Positions 1-8,690 of a DNA stretch of 64,000 nt are shown here, piece by piece; position 1 is the stretch's first letter, and each line of letters starts with the position of its first letter. Location: assembly GCA_964619695.1 (NCBI GenBank), contig CAZUFK010000001.1, positions 20,587 through 84,586 of the forward strand. The letters are read 5' to 3'. This DNA is from an uncultured Candidatus Bathyarchaeia archaeon. Lineage in GTDB: Archaea; Thermoproteota; Bathyarchaeia; Bathyarchaeales; Bathycorpusculaceae. The position numbers and the translations under genes were made by a program. The notes under the pieces are model-generated. The model made no database searches and was not told where the DNA came from. It was given only the letters and a program-made list of their open reading frames with translations.

Positions 1-347
1 TCGTCAGCGGTCTGCCTTTGCTGGTGATTCCATTCGTGACAGCGTTTCCGATTCTGCTGGTTCTTGCGTTGGTGTATGGGCTGGGTTTTGCTATGGTGAC
101 TGCCTCTACGCCTGCGCTTGTCACCGAGCTGGTTCCGAGAGAGCTGGTTGGCACTTCGATGGGTTTTCTGGACATGCTAATGGACGTGGGCCAAACCATC
201 GGCCCCATCATCACAGGCTTCATCCTCGCCTCGTACCTTGCCTACCAAGGCTCATTCCCAGCACTCGCACTCGTGCTACTACTCTCCTCGGTAGTCTTCC
301 TCTTGTCAGGCGTGGCGAAGAAGAAACTGGCTACGCGGCACGACTAA
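1..347 (+). CDS. MFS-type transporter, C-terminal fragment (gene begins upstream of window)
   Basis: ORF open to the window edge; hydrophobic TM-rich sequence with an MFS-like loop (..GFLDMLMDVGQTIGPIITGFILA..). Confidence 0.6.
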   Translation, partial: VSGLPLLVIPFVTAFPILLVLALVYGLGFAMVTASTPALVTELVPRELVGTSMGFLDMLMDVGQTIGPIITGFILASYLAYQGSFPALALVLLLSSVVFLLSGVAKKKLATRHD

Positions 348-365
348 GGCAGACGAGGCATCTGT

Positions 366-860
366 GTGAGGAAACTGTGCCACAAGCTCGAAATCGTTTC
401 AGCCAGAAGGCGCCAGTACCTGCTGTTCAGCCTGCTTGATTTTCGCTTCTTCAAAAACAGCGAGACAGGCAACGTGTTGTTTTTCGGCGCTCCTAGAAGA
501 CTTACACCGCTGGCAGTCTTCTCTTACATCCTCGTAAACGAGGTATTACTCTTCAGGTCAGCAAGGTTTTTCGCGAAGCTTGACGATGAAGTGGCTGGAA
601 TCTTCGCTGTCCACGAGAGGCGCGACGCCCTTTACGTCAAGAGCCTTGCTGTGTCACCGTGGTGGCGGAGGCTCGGCGTTGCCACCTTCATGCTGGACTT
701 CGCCTGCAGGCTTGCCAGAAGGCTGAACAAGACGTGGGTGGAGCTTGGAGTCCTGAAAGCAAACACAGACGCTCAAAAACTGTACGCTAGATACGGGTTC
801 AGAGTCAAAGCACAAGACAAATGGTCATTAACGCTAAGGAAAAGCGTGGCGCCTCATTGA
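366..860 (+). CDS. GNAT family N-acetyltransferase
   Basis: Acetyl-CoA binding motif region (..VKSLAVSPWWRRLGVATFMLDFACRLA.. / ..QKLYARYGF..). Confidence 0.7.
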   Translation: MRKLCHKLEIVSARRRQYLLFSLLDFRFFKNSETGNVLFFGAPRRLTPLAVFSYILVNEVLLFRSARFFAKLDDEVAGIFAVHERRDALYVKSLAVSPWWRRLGVATFMLDFACRLARRLNKTWVELGVLKANTDAQKLYARYGFRVKAQDKWSLTLRKSVAPH

Positions 861-1033
861 GACCGAGCTTCCTTCATGGAAAATCTTAACCACTTTGCAC
901 ATGTCGATGTTTTGGGGTTCTTTCGGCTGAATGATCGGTTCTCAGTATGTTACGTTTACGTTGATTATGTGTATGTTGTTCATGTCTCCTCTTGATGATT
1001 GCGTGGCTATTGGCGTGTTGTTGTGAAAAGGGC

Positions 1034-1041
1034 TTATATAT
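1034..1041 (+). promoter_or_regulatory. Candidate archaeal TATA box with purine-rich BRE-like stretch, upstream of nrdR
   Basis: TTATATAT preceded by GAAAAGGG, about 78 nt upstream of the nrdR ATG; position only, no TSS data. Confidence 0.3.
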
Positions 1042-1118
1042 GAGACGCTAGATACAGCGTGCCTTTTAGCGATCAAACACTATAGAACTGCGAAGCACAT
1101 GATACTTTGGGGATAACG

Positions 1119-1565
1119 ATGAAGTGTCCGTACTGCGGGTCTGAGAACATCAGGACGCTTGAAACTAGGGATTCACCGGAAAACGTGGCTAGGCGCCGCA
1201 AGGAATGCCTTGACTGTGGAAAGCGCTTCACGACGTACGAGTATGTTGAGACTGTGGAGTTGATGGTTCGCAAGAAGGATGGCAGGCTGGAGCGGTTTGA
1301 CCTCAACAAGATTGTTCGCGGCCTGCAGAAGGCCTGCGAGAAGAGGCCAGTGACGATGGAGCAGATCCACGAGCTGGCCGAGAAGGTCAGGCAGGAGCTG
1401 GTGGCAACAGGCAAAGGAGAAGCCACGTCGCAGGAGATCGGCGACCTCGTGGTCAAGTACCTGAAGAAACTTGACCGCGTGGCCTACGTGCGGTTTGCCT
1501 CCGTCTACAAAAGATTCGAAGAACCGGAAGACTTCAAGAAAGCATTGAATGAGGTTAAAACATGA
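1119..1565 (+). CDS. nrdR: NrdR-family transcriptional repressor (zinc ribbon + ATP-cone)
   Basis: N-terminus MKCPYCGSENIRTLETRDS..RRRKECLDCGKRFTTYE is the NrdR zinc-ribbon signature, followed by an ATP-cone; immediately upstream of nrdD with 4-nt stop/start overlap. Confidence 0.85.
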   Translation: MKCPYCGSENIRTLETRDSPENVARRRKECLDCGKRFTTYEYVETVELMVRKKDGRLERFDLNKIVRGLQKACEKRPVTMEQIHELAEKVRQELVATGKGEATSQEIGDLVVKYLKKLDRVAYVRFASVYKRFEEPEDFKKALNEVKT

Positions 1566-3685
1566 AGTATGTTAGAAAACGTGACGGTAAGTTAGAATCC
1601 TTTGATCAGGAACGTATAGCGAACGCGGTGTGGAAGGCCGCGAAGTCCGTGGGCGGAAAAGACCGCGAACAGGCCAGGAAAATCAGCGACCAAGTTGTAG
1701 CCGAGCTGAAAACTCGCTTCGGCGAGGACGGCTGTCCCACGGTCGAGGAGATTCAGGATTTAGTTGAGAAGATGCTCATTGAGAACGGGCACGCGAGAAC
1801 CGCGAAGGCCTACATCATTTATAGGAAGCAGCATCAGGACCAGCGTGAGCTTGCGGCGCTGCTGAGCGACGCCGACATGGTGGACCAGTACCTCGAGATC
1901 GAGGACTGGCGTGTACGTGAGAATTCTAACATGAGCTACTCGCTACAGGGCCTGAACAATTACCTTTCGTCCACGGTCATAGCCAAGTACTGGATCACGC
2001 GGATCTATCCGCCGAACATTGCCAATGCGCATTTTTCAGGCGACGTACACATCCACGACCTAGGCGTGCTGGGCGCCTACTGCGTCGGGTGGGATTTGAG
2101 AGACCTGCTGTATTCTGGGTTCGGAGGCGTTCCGGGGAAGATTGAAAGCAAGCCTGCGAAACGGTTCAGAACGGCTTTGGGTCAGGCGGTTAACTTTTTC
2201 TACACGCTTCAAGGCGAAGCGGCGGGCGCGCAGGCTTTCAGCAACTTTGACACTTTGCTGGCTCCGTTCATACGCAGCGACGGCCTCAGCTACAAGGAAG
2301 TCGAGCAGGCGATCCAAGAGTTCTTCTTCAACATGAACGTCCCCACGCGAGTGGGCTTCCAGACGCCGTTCACGAACGTTACGTTGGATTTGACGGTGCC
2401 TGACTTCATGAAGAACGAGGCAGCCATCGTGGGCGGAAAGCTGGCGGACACTACTTACGGCGACATCCAGCCTGAGCTGGACGTGTTCAACGCGGCCTTC
2501 GCTGAGGTCATGAGCCAAGGCGACTCGAAAGGACGAGTGTTCACCTTCCCGATTCCCACGTATAATATTACGAAGGACTTCGGCTGGGACTCGCCGATCG
2601 CCGAAAAGGTTTTCGAGATGACCGCCAAGTACGGCGTGCCCTACTTCTCGAACTTCATCAACAGCGACATGAAGCCTGAGGACGTGCGGAGCATGTGCTG
2701 CAGGCTCAGAATAGACAACCGAGAGCTTCGCAAGCGCGGCGGAGGCTTTTTCGGCGCCAACCCGCTGACGGGGTCGATAGGCGTGGTCACTCTGAACATG
2801 CCCAGAATCGGGTACCTGTCAAAGGATGAGGATGAGTTCTTCGAGCGGCTTGAGGACACGATGGAGGTCGCCAAGGATAGTTTGGAGATAAAGCGGAAGG
2901 TTCTTGAGGCGTTCACTGAAAGCGGCTTGTACCCTTATTCGAGGCGGTATCTCCGCAACGTGAAGGATAAGGAGCAGAAGTATTGGAAGAACCACTTCTC
3001 AACCATAGGCCTCGTGGGCTTGAACGAGGCGATAATGAACCTGCTGGGCGGCAACATCGCCACGCTCGACGGCTTGGACTTCGCGATGAGAGTGCTCACG
3101 TTCATGCGCGAAAAGCTTTCAGACTTCCAAGAGCAAACCGGCAGCATCTACAACCTTGAAGCCACGCCAGCCGAGGGCACAAGCTACAGGCTCGCACGCA
3201 TAGACAAACGCAAATACCCAGACATCGTCGCCGCCAATGAGCAGCACCTGAAGCAGGGAGCTGAACCGTTCTACACGAACTCTTCACAGCTGCCCGTGGA
3301 CTACGAGGGCGATTTGTTCGAGGCTCTGGAGCATCAGGACAAGCTGCAGACGCTGTACACGGGCGGAACCGTGTTCCACATCTTTCTCGGCGAAAGGCTC
3401 CACTCGTGGAAGGCCGCAGTGGACCTCGTCAAGAAAGTGGCCTTGAACTCGCACCTGCCATACTTCACGCTGACCCCGACCTTCAGCATATGCTCGACAC
3501 ACGGCTACGTAAGCGGCGAGCATAAACAGTGCCCGACGTGTGGAGCGAAATGCGAGGTCTATTCACGCGTGGTCGGTTACCTGAGACCCGTGGATCAGTG
3601 GAACGACGGCAAGCAGGCCGAGTTTGCGGTGCGCCGAACCTTCGACAAGTCAGCCGTCATTCACGCCGCGCCGATACCTGCCTGA
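1562..3685 (+). CDS. nrdD: Anaerobic ribonucleoside-triphosphate reductase (class III), glycyl-radical enzyme with N-terminal ATP-cone
   Basis: ATP-cone at N-terminus (VRKRDGKLESFDQERI..). C-terminal Zn site (CSTHGY..CPTCG) and glycyl-radical motif SRVVGYL. 707 aa. Confidence 0.9.
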   Translation: MKYVRKRDGKLESFDQERIANAVWKAAKSVGGKDREQARKISDQVVAELKTRFGEDGCPTVEEIQDLVEKMLIENGHARTAKAYIIYRKQHQDQRELAALLSDADMVDQYLEIEDWRVRENSNMSYSLQGLNNYLSSTVIAKYWITRIYPPNIANAHFSGDVHIHDLGVLGAYCVGWDLRDLLYSGFGGVPGKIESKPAKRFRTALGQAVNFFYTLQGEAAGAQAFSNFDTLLAPFIRSDGLSYKEVEQAIQEFFFNMNVPTRVGFQTPFTNVTLDLTVPDFMKNEAAIVGGKLADTTYGDIQPELDVFNAAFAEVMSQGDSKGRVFTFPIPTYNITKDFGWDSPIAEKVFEMTAKYGVPYFSNFINSDMKPEDVRSMCCRLRIDNRELRKRGGGFFGANPLTGSIGVVTLNMPRIGYLSKDEDEFFERLEDTMEVAKDSLEIKRKVLEAFTESGLYPYSRRYLRNVKDKEQKYWKNHFSTIGLVGLNEAIMNLLGGNIATLDGLDFAMRVLTFMREKLSDFQEQTGSIYNLEATPAEGTSYRLARIDKRKYPDIVAANEQHLKQGAEPFYTNSSQLPVDYEGDLFEALEHQDKLQTLYTGGTVFHIFLGERLHSWKAAVDLVKKVALNSHLPYFTLTPTFSICSTHGYVSGEHKQCPTCGAKCEVYSRVVGYLRPVDQWNDGKQAEFAVRRTFDKSAVIHAAPIPA

Positions 3686-3696
3686 GAGAGAAGAGC

Positions 3697-4374
3697 ATGA
3701 AGTTCTGTGGCCTTCAAAAGACAAGTCTTGTGGACTTTCCGAACAGAACAGCCTCGGTGCTCTTCACGCCAGGCTGCAACCTGCGCTGCCCATTCTGCCA
3801 CAACTGGAGAATAGTCATCGACCCGAAACCCCCATTCCTCAACGAAGAAACAGCGTTGAGCATTCTTGAAAGCCGCAAAAGGTTCATCGACTCAGTCGTG
3901 ATAACAGGCGGCGAGCCAACCATTCACAAAGAGATTCCGAGGTTCCTGAAGAAGCTCAAGGAGAAGGGATTCGCCGTCAAGCTTGACACTAACGGCATTG
4001 AACCGCAGGCCTTGGAGGAATGTTTGCCCTACTTGGATTTCGTGGCGCTGGATGTGAAGACGTCACTTGTGGGCTATGAGCGGCTGGGCGCAAAGGACAC
4101 GAGCGGGCTGTTGAGGTCCATTGAGATGCTGAAGACGGGGAAGGTGGCATACGAGTTCAGAACAACAGCCGTGCCAAGCCTTGTGGATATTGAGGACGTT
4201 GCAGGCCTCGGCGAGCTTGTCAAAGGAGCAGAAACCCTCGTGCTACAGCAGTTTGTTCCAGACGACACGCTGGACCGAAGCTTCACTAAGCTTAAACCCC
4301 ACTCGCCAGAAGCCATTTCCAATATTGCCAAGGCACTGAAGCAATACGTCAGCACTGTGGTACTTCGCGTCTGA
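3697..4374 (+). CDS. nrdG: Anaerobic ribonucleotide reductase activating protein (radical SAM)
   Basis: CNLRCPFCHNW radical-SAM cysteine motif near N-terminus; ATG at 3697 directly after nrdD. Confidence 0.85.
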   Translation: MKFCGLQKTSLVDFPNRTASVLFTPGCNLRCPFCHNWRIVIDPKPPFLNEETALSILESRKRFIDSVVITGGEPTIHKEIPRFLKKLKEKGFAVKLDTNGIEPQALEECLPYLDFVALDVKTSLVGYERLGAKDTSGLLRSIEMLKTGKVAYEFRTTAVPSLVDIEDVAGLGELVKGAETLVLQQFVPDDTLDRSFTKLKPHSPEAISNIAKALKQYVSTVVLRV

Positions 4375-4446
4375 AAGCTTCAAGGACGCATCCGTCGGAA
4401 CCGCTCAACAACAGAAAAATGAGGGTTTGCGGTTTTTCTTGAATGC

Positions 4447-4968
4447 TTATGGATCGATGGTTATGACGAATCTTTCGACCATGTTTGTGGATGTGTGGTA
4501 TTCTCCTACGAGGTAGTCAGCTGGATTGCCCATCGTGACGGTGACTACTCCAGCAGCGAACGTGTATTGGAAGCCTTGGGACTTGCTGAGCTCTTTGAAG
4601 TCGTGGTTATACTGTGGCAAGGTGATCAGAGTGCCTGGCGGCATCGGCGGCGGTATCATCCAGCCATGAACACTGTCCGACGGCATTCCGAACGTTTTGG
4701 CGAACTTGCCTGAAATGACGACTAGGTCGAACAAGCCTATGTGGCAAAGATCGCTCGGGTCTAGGTCTGCGCCTGGGAAATATTTCGGATTGAATTTGCT
4801 GTCGCCTCTTGTGCAGTAGGCTGCTGCGGCTCTGACGATGTCGCGCGCGCATCCCACTCCAACCATGATTTTTACTTGCAGTTGGCAATAGACTGATTCT
4901 TTGATATTTGGCTTTTGGCGATAAGCTGGTTCTAGGAGGGCTTTCCAAACGAGGTCAAGAGTAACCAT
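4447..4968 (-). CDS. Hypothetical protein (conserved-looking, 173 aa)
   Basis: Clean ORF with non-repetitive composition; no recognisable motif. Confidence 0.45.
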   Translation of the reverse strand: MVTLDLVWKALLEPAYRQKPNIKESVYCQLQVKIMVGVGCARDIVRAAAAYCTRGDSKFNPKYFPGADLDPSDLCHIGLFDLVVISGKFAKTFGMPSDSVHGWMIPPPMPPGTLITLPQYNHDFKELSKSQGFQYTFAAGVVTVTMGNPADYLVGEYHTSTNMVERFVITIDP

Positions 4969-5234
4969 TCGTAATCCGCAACAGGAACTTGGTAAACGGC
5001 CTTGCTCGGATCGGTGGGAGTCTGGCGAAAGCCAAATGTCTATGGCAGGCGCCGCTTACGAGCTTGTGCGATTGGGCTTAGTTTCAGCTAGTGCGAGAAT
5101 ACCTTAGCTCCGAGCTTGACTAGTTACTCGGCCTCCTGCCAATCACATTTCAACCTAACCGAATCATAGACAATCCTATCTATACTCTTGCTTCACTGCG
5201 AAGCTCAAGCGACGATGGTACCTGTAGTTCAATG

Positions 5235-5242
5235 TATATATA
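5235..5242 (+). promoter_or_regulatory. Candidate TATA box upstream of rpoH
   Basis: TATATATA followed by a G6 run, about 77 nt upstream of the rpoH start. Confidence 0.3.
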
Positions 5243-5318
5243 GGGGGGTTGAAGAAATTTTCGAGCGTAAGGTTTAAGGGTTAATGCTTCATTTAGGTGT
5301 TGACTGTTCTATGTTTAG

Positions 5319-5885
5319 TTGGGGTTTGCTGGTTTGAGCAAGAAAGAGGTCAGTTTAGAAGAGCGCAAAGCCGAAGTCCTCATCAAGCTCCGAGGCTACA
5401 AGCTTGTCAAGAAACAGAAGCACGAAGACGCAGTCAGCTACATTATCGACATGCCGAAGGAAAAAGAGAAAGCGCTCGTGTGGTGCGTTCCAGGCGAGTC
5501 CACCGTCGGCGTAGCTTCCATCGCCCGCCTGCAGAAAGCCATGAAAGACACAGGCCTAGAACGAGGCATAATCGTAACCGACGGACGATACACGCATGCT
5601 GTCAAGCAGGGCGCGAAGAAGAAGCGCATAGAGCTTCTGCCCAAGACCTTCCCGGCCTTCGACCTGTTCCAGCACAAACTCGTTCCAAAACACGAAATCC
5701 TGAAAGAAGAAGAAAGGAAGCAACTCCTGGAACAGTACCGCATCAACCCCTACCAGCTGCCTCAGATCAGCAGCTCAGACCCAGCCGCAAAAGCCATCGG
5801 CGCCCAGCCCGGAGACGTTTTGCGGATAATCAGGAAAAGCCCAACAGCAGGCGAACACGTAGCCTTCAGATACGTCATAGAATAA
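5319..5885 (+). CDS. rpoH: DNA-directed RNA polymerase subunit H, full-length Rpb5-like form with N-terminal jaw domain
   Basis: C-terminal half (..[69 protein letters not shown]) matches the RpoH/Rpb5 core. N-terminal ~110 aa (..[34 protein letters not shown]) parallels the eukaryotic Rpb5 jaw domain. TTG start at 5319 is uncertain; an internal ATG lies at 5451. Confidence 0.8.
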   Translation: MGFAGLSKKEVSLEERKAEVLIKLRGYKLVKKQKHEDAVSYIIDMPKEKEKALVWCVPGESTVGVASIARLQKAMKDTGLERGIIVTDGRYTHAVKQGAKKKRIELLPKTFPAFDLFQHKLVPKHEILKEEERKQLLEQYRINPYQLPQISSSDPAAKAIGAQPGDVLRIIRKSPTAGEHVAFRYVIE

Positions 5886-5971
5886 GAAGGCAATAAACAA
5901 CAGAAAAGATGGCCCGAGAAGGGACAACAAGCATCCCTTTCGCGCATTCTTCGGGATCAGCACGTAGAATT

Positions 5972-6169
5972 CTACAGATCGTTCAAAAGATCAAGGAGCT
6001 GATCCTTTCTCGCGTAGTCTTTGTTCTTCTCAGCTTCCATAATGGCATGCTGCACCCAACTTCTGAGCTCAGAAGTGTAGTCAGCTTTCGCTGAGCGCCC
6101 TCGCTCAGACTGTGAGCAACATGAACGTGAGCTGCGATTTGCCTTCTCTAATACTTGCATGCTTTTCAC
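5972..6169 (-). CDS. Small hypothetical protein (65 aa)
   Basis: Strong Shine-Dalgarno GGAGGTGA 6 nt upstream of the ATG; helical C-terminus; no known motif. Confidence 0.4.
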   Translation of the reverse strand: MKSMQVLEKANRSSRSCCSQSERGRSAKADYTSELRSWVQHAIMEAEKNKDYARKDQLLDLLNDL

Positions 6170-6333
6170 CTCCGTTCGCAGTTTACACTAGTGATGGAAA
6201 GACGACAAAATCAGGACGAACCCCTTCCTTTGTCACTACTCCGTTACACTTTGTGATCGTGATACACGCAAATAGTGCACGCTGTTGCTTATATACGTAT
6301 GCGCAGGTTCAGAGCCGAAACGGCGGCAAAGGC

Positions 6334-6891
6334 CTATTTCGCGATCATAACCTCAGTGGCCTTAACAACAGCCTCAACCTCGTCGCCAACCCTCACATCC
6401 AAATCCTCAACAGCCTCACGAGAAATCAACGCCGTAACCACCACAGGGACGGCTATCTGAACCTTCACCTTCGCCGTAACAGCCTCCTTCTCAACAGCCA
6501 CAACCTTACCTTTCAAACGGTTTCTCGCACTGATCTTCAAACCAACGGCCTCCCAATAATCAACGTCCGCCAAAACCTCACCCAAATAACACTCCACACG
6601 CCTATACTCAACCAGCAAGCTCTCGCCCAACTCAGTCAGCCCCGCGCCACCACCGCCGCACTTGCCGCCCCTGTAAGCCTCGACTGCGGGCTCGCCCATG
6701 GCTTTTTCGATTTTCTGCAAGTAGTTCCAGGCGTACCGATAGGACATTCCTAGGTTTGCTGCTGCCTTTGAGATTGACTTATGGTCTTTGATTTGCTCCA
6801 GTATGGCGGCTCCGCCTTTGCCGAGGAGCGGTTTTCCTTTGTGCTCTATCCACACTTTGCAGGAGAGCTTGTGTTTGGTTTTGGTGGGCAT
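6334..6891 (-). CDS. ModE-like molybdate/tungstate-responsive transcriptional regulator (wHTH + TOBE/Mop domain)
   Basis: N-terminal HTH (..ISKAAANLGMSYRYAWNYLQKIE..) and C-terminal TOBE-like (..RNRLKGKVVAVEKEAVTAKVKV..); divergent from the tupABC operon. Confidence 0.75.
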   Translation of the reverse strand: MPTKTKHKLSCKVWIEHKGKPLLGKGGAAILEQIKDHKSISKAAANLGMSYRYAWNYLQKIEKAMGEPAVEAYRGGKCGGGGAGLTELGESLLVEYRRVECYLGEVLADVDYWEAVGLKISARNRLKGKVVAVEKEAVTAKVKVQIAVPVVVTALISREAVEDLDVRVGDEVEAVVKATEVMIAK

Positions 6892-6959
6892 TTCGTTTTG
6901 CTATTATTGTGGCGTAATTCTTATAAGCTTAGAACCGATATGAACAGGCAAACATAACG

Positions 6960-7964
6960 GTGAAAAACATGAAAACATGGACAAAACTGTTCATAATCGC
7001 AGCCATAACAACGCTGTTGATAGTCTCTGGAACACTGATCTACCTGCAGTATTTCACAAGAAGGAGACTATTGGTTTCGACAACTTCAAGCCTTTATGAA
7101 ACCGGCCTGCTAGGCGAGATTGAAAAAGCCTTTGAGGCAAAATACCCCGTGGACCTCCAGTTTACAGCAGCAGGCACAGGCGTGGCAATAGAACAAGCCA
7201 GAAACGGCGACGTAGACGCAGTACTGGTTCACTCACCCTCGCAAGAACTGACCTTCCTACAACAGGGCTTCGGTGTATCCCGAAAAATCATCGCCTACAA
7301 CTTCTTCACCATTGTGGGACCACAGAACGATCCCGCAGGGATCAACGGACTAAACGCGACAGAGGCGTTGGAAAAGATAGCGGAGTATGGTAGAAGCCAA
7401 ACGGGCAAGGTCTGGGTTTCGAGAGGCGACAACTCCGGCACGCATAACAAGGAGCAGAGCCTTTGGAAGTCAGCTAAGCTCAACTACACGACCGTGTCTG
7501 CGGAGTCTTGGTATGCGAACGCAGGCGGAATGATGGGCGAAACGCTGATGAAGGCCAACGAGTTCTCAGCCTACACGCTCTCAGACATAGGCACATACCT
7601 CAAATACTACGAGAAAGACCACGCCATAGCCTTGACGTCCTTCATCGGCGAAAAATACGAACTGCTCAACGTCTACAGCGTCATAGCCGTAAACCAGACA
7701 CGCCACAAACACATAAACTTCAACGACACGATAACCCTCATCAAGTTCCTCATATCCGACGAAGGCCAACAGCTCATACAGAACTTCGGCCAAACCGACT
7801 ACGGACAAAGCGGACGCCTATTCCGCGCAGCAGCCCAGCTAATAACACAGAACTCCACCGAACAAATAGCCCAATGGATCAGAAACTACGCCTTCATCGG
7901 CACCCCAAAGACGGAATGCCCAACCCAATACAGAGACTCGCGCCATCCAGAGCTTTATAACTAG
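6960..7964 (+). CDS. tupA: Tungstate/molybdate ABC transporter substrate-binding protein
   Basis: N-terminal TM/signal anchor; TupA-like anion-binding motif STTSSLYETGLL; PBP fold. Confidence 0.75.
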   Translation: MKNMKTWTKLFIIAAITTLLIVSGTLIYLQYFTRRRLLVSTTSSLYETGLLGEIEKAFEAKYPVDLQFTAAGTGVAIEQARNGDVDAVLVHSPSQELTFLQQGFGVSRKIIAYNFFTIVGPQNDPAGINGLNATEALEKIAEYGRSQTGKVWVSRGDNSGTHNKEQSLWKSAKLNYTTVSAESWYANAGGMMGETLMKANEFSAYTLSDIGTYLKYYEKDHAIALTSFIGEKYELLNVYSVIAVNQTRHKHINFNDTITLIKFLISDEGQQLIQNFGQTDYGQSGRLFRAAAQLITQNSTEQIAQWIRNYAFIGTPKTECPTQYRDSRHPELYN

Positions 7965-7997
7965 GAAAACGGAACCATAGAAGAAAAGGGAAGCGAC

Positions 7998-8690
7998 TTG
8001 AACGAGATGCTGGATGGCCTAGCCAAGGCATTCCAACTCATTTTTTCCGGCGACCCAAGACTAGTGGAGGTTACGTTGCGTTCGCTATACGTTTCAGGCG
8101 CTGCCACGTTGATCGCCACCCTTTGGGGACTGCCGATAGCAATGCTGCTGGGAACGAAGGCCTTTCGCGGCAGATTCCTAGTGAGAGGAATCTTCAACAC
8201 ATTGCTAGGCGTTCCAACTGTGGGCTTAGGTTTGATCCTGTTCTTGGCATTCTCAAGATCAGCACCTCTGGGCTTCCTTGGGCTGCTCTACACGCCTACA
8301 GGCATAATCATCGGCGAAGCCATCCTGGTAACGCCCATAGTCGTCAGCCTCGCCACGACGGCCATAGAAGCCGTTGACCCCGAAATAGCGAACCAAGCCA
8401 AAACCCTAGGCGCCTCAGATTCACAAACCTCACTGACCATGCTGAAAGAAGCCACAGGCGGAATCCTCCTCGCAGGAATAGCAAGCTTCAACCGCGCCGT
8501 AGCCGAACTCGGCGTAGCTCAAATGGTAGGCGGCAACATCGCCGGCCTCACCGAAGTACTCACCACCGCAATCTCAACCGAAACACAAAGACACAACCTC
8601 GAACTCGCAATAGCCCTCGCCATAATACTGCTCACCATAGTCTTCAGCATAACCATAACAGTAAACGCCATCCAAAGGAGAAGAAAATGA
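7998..8690 (+). CDS. tupB: ABC transporter permease (tungstate/molybdate)
   Basis: Polytopic membrane protein with an ABC permease EAA-like loop; between tupA and the ATPase gene. Confidence 0.75.
   Translation: MNEMLDGLAKAFQLIFSGDPRLVEVTLRSLYVSGAATLIATLWGLPIAMLLGTKAFRGRFLVRGIFNTLLGVPTVGLGLILFLAFSRSAPLGFLGLLYTPTGIIIGEAILVTPIVVSLATTAIEAVDPEIANQAKTLGASDSQTSLTMLKEATGGILLAGIASFNRAVAELGVAQMVGGNIAGLTEVLTTAISTETQRHNLELAIALAIILLTIVFSITITVNAIQRRRK

Noticed and set aside
861-1106. NrdR box upstream of nrdR
   Set aside because: Only partial, non-palindromic matches (ACACTATAG / ACATGATAC) were found, which is insufficient to call a binding site.
3529-3696. Upstream extension of nrdG (ORF-track start at 3529)
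   Set aside because: The extension overlaps the nrdD 3' end and is Arg-rich. The ATG at 3697 gives the expected NrdG N-terminus (MKFCGL..CNLRCPFCHNW).
5297-5896. 199-aa Arg-rich ORF overlapping rpoH in another frame
   Set aside because: Extreme Arg/His/Pro composition and complete overlap with the recognisable RpoH reading frame.
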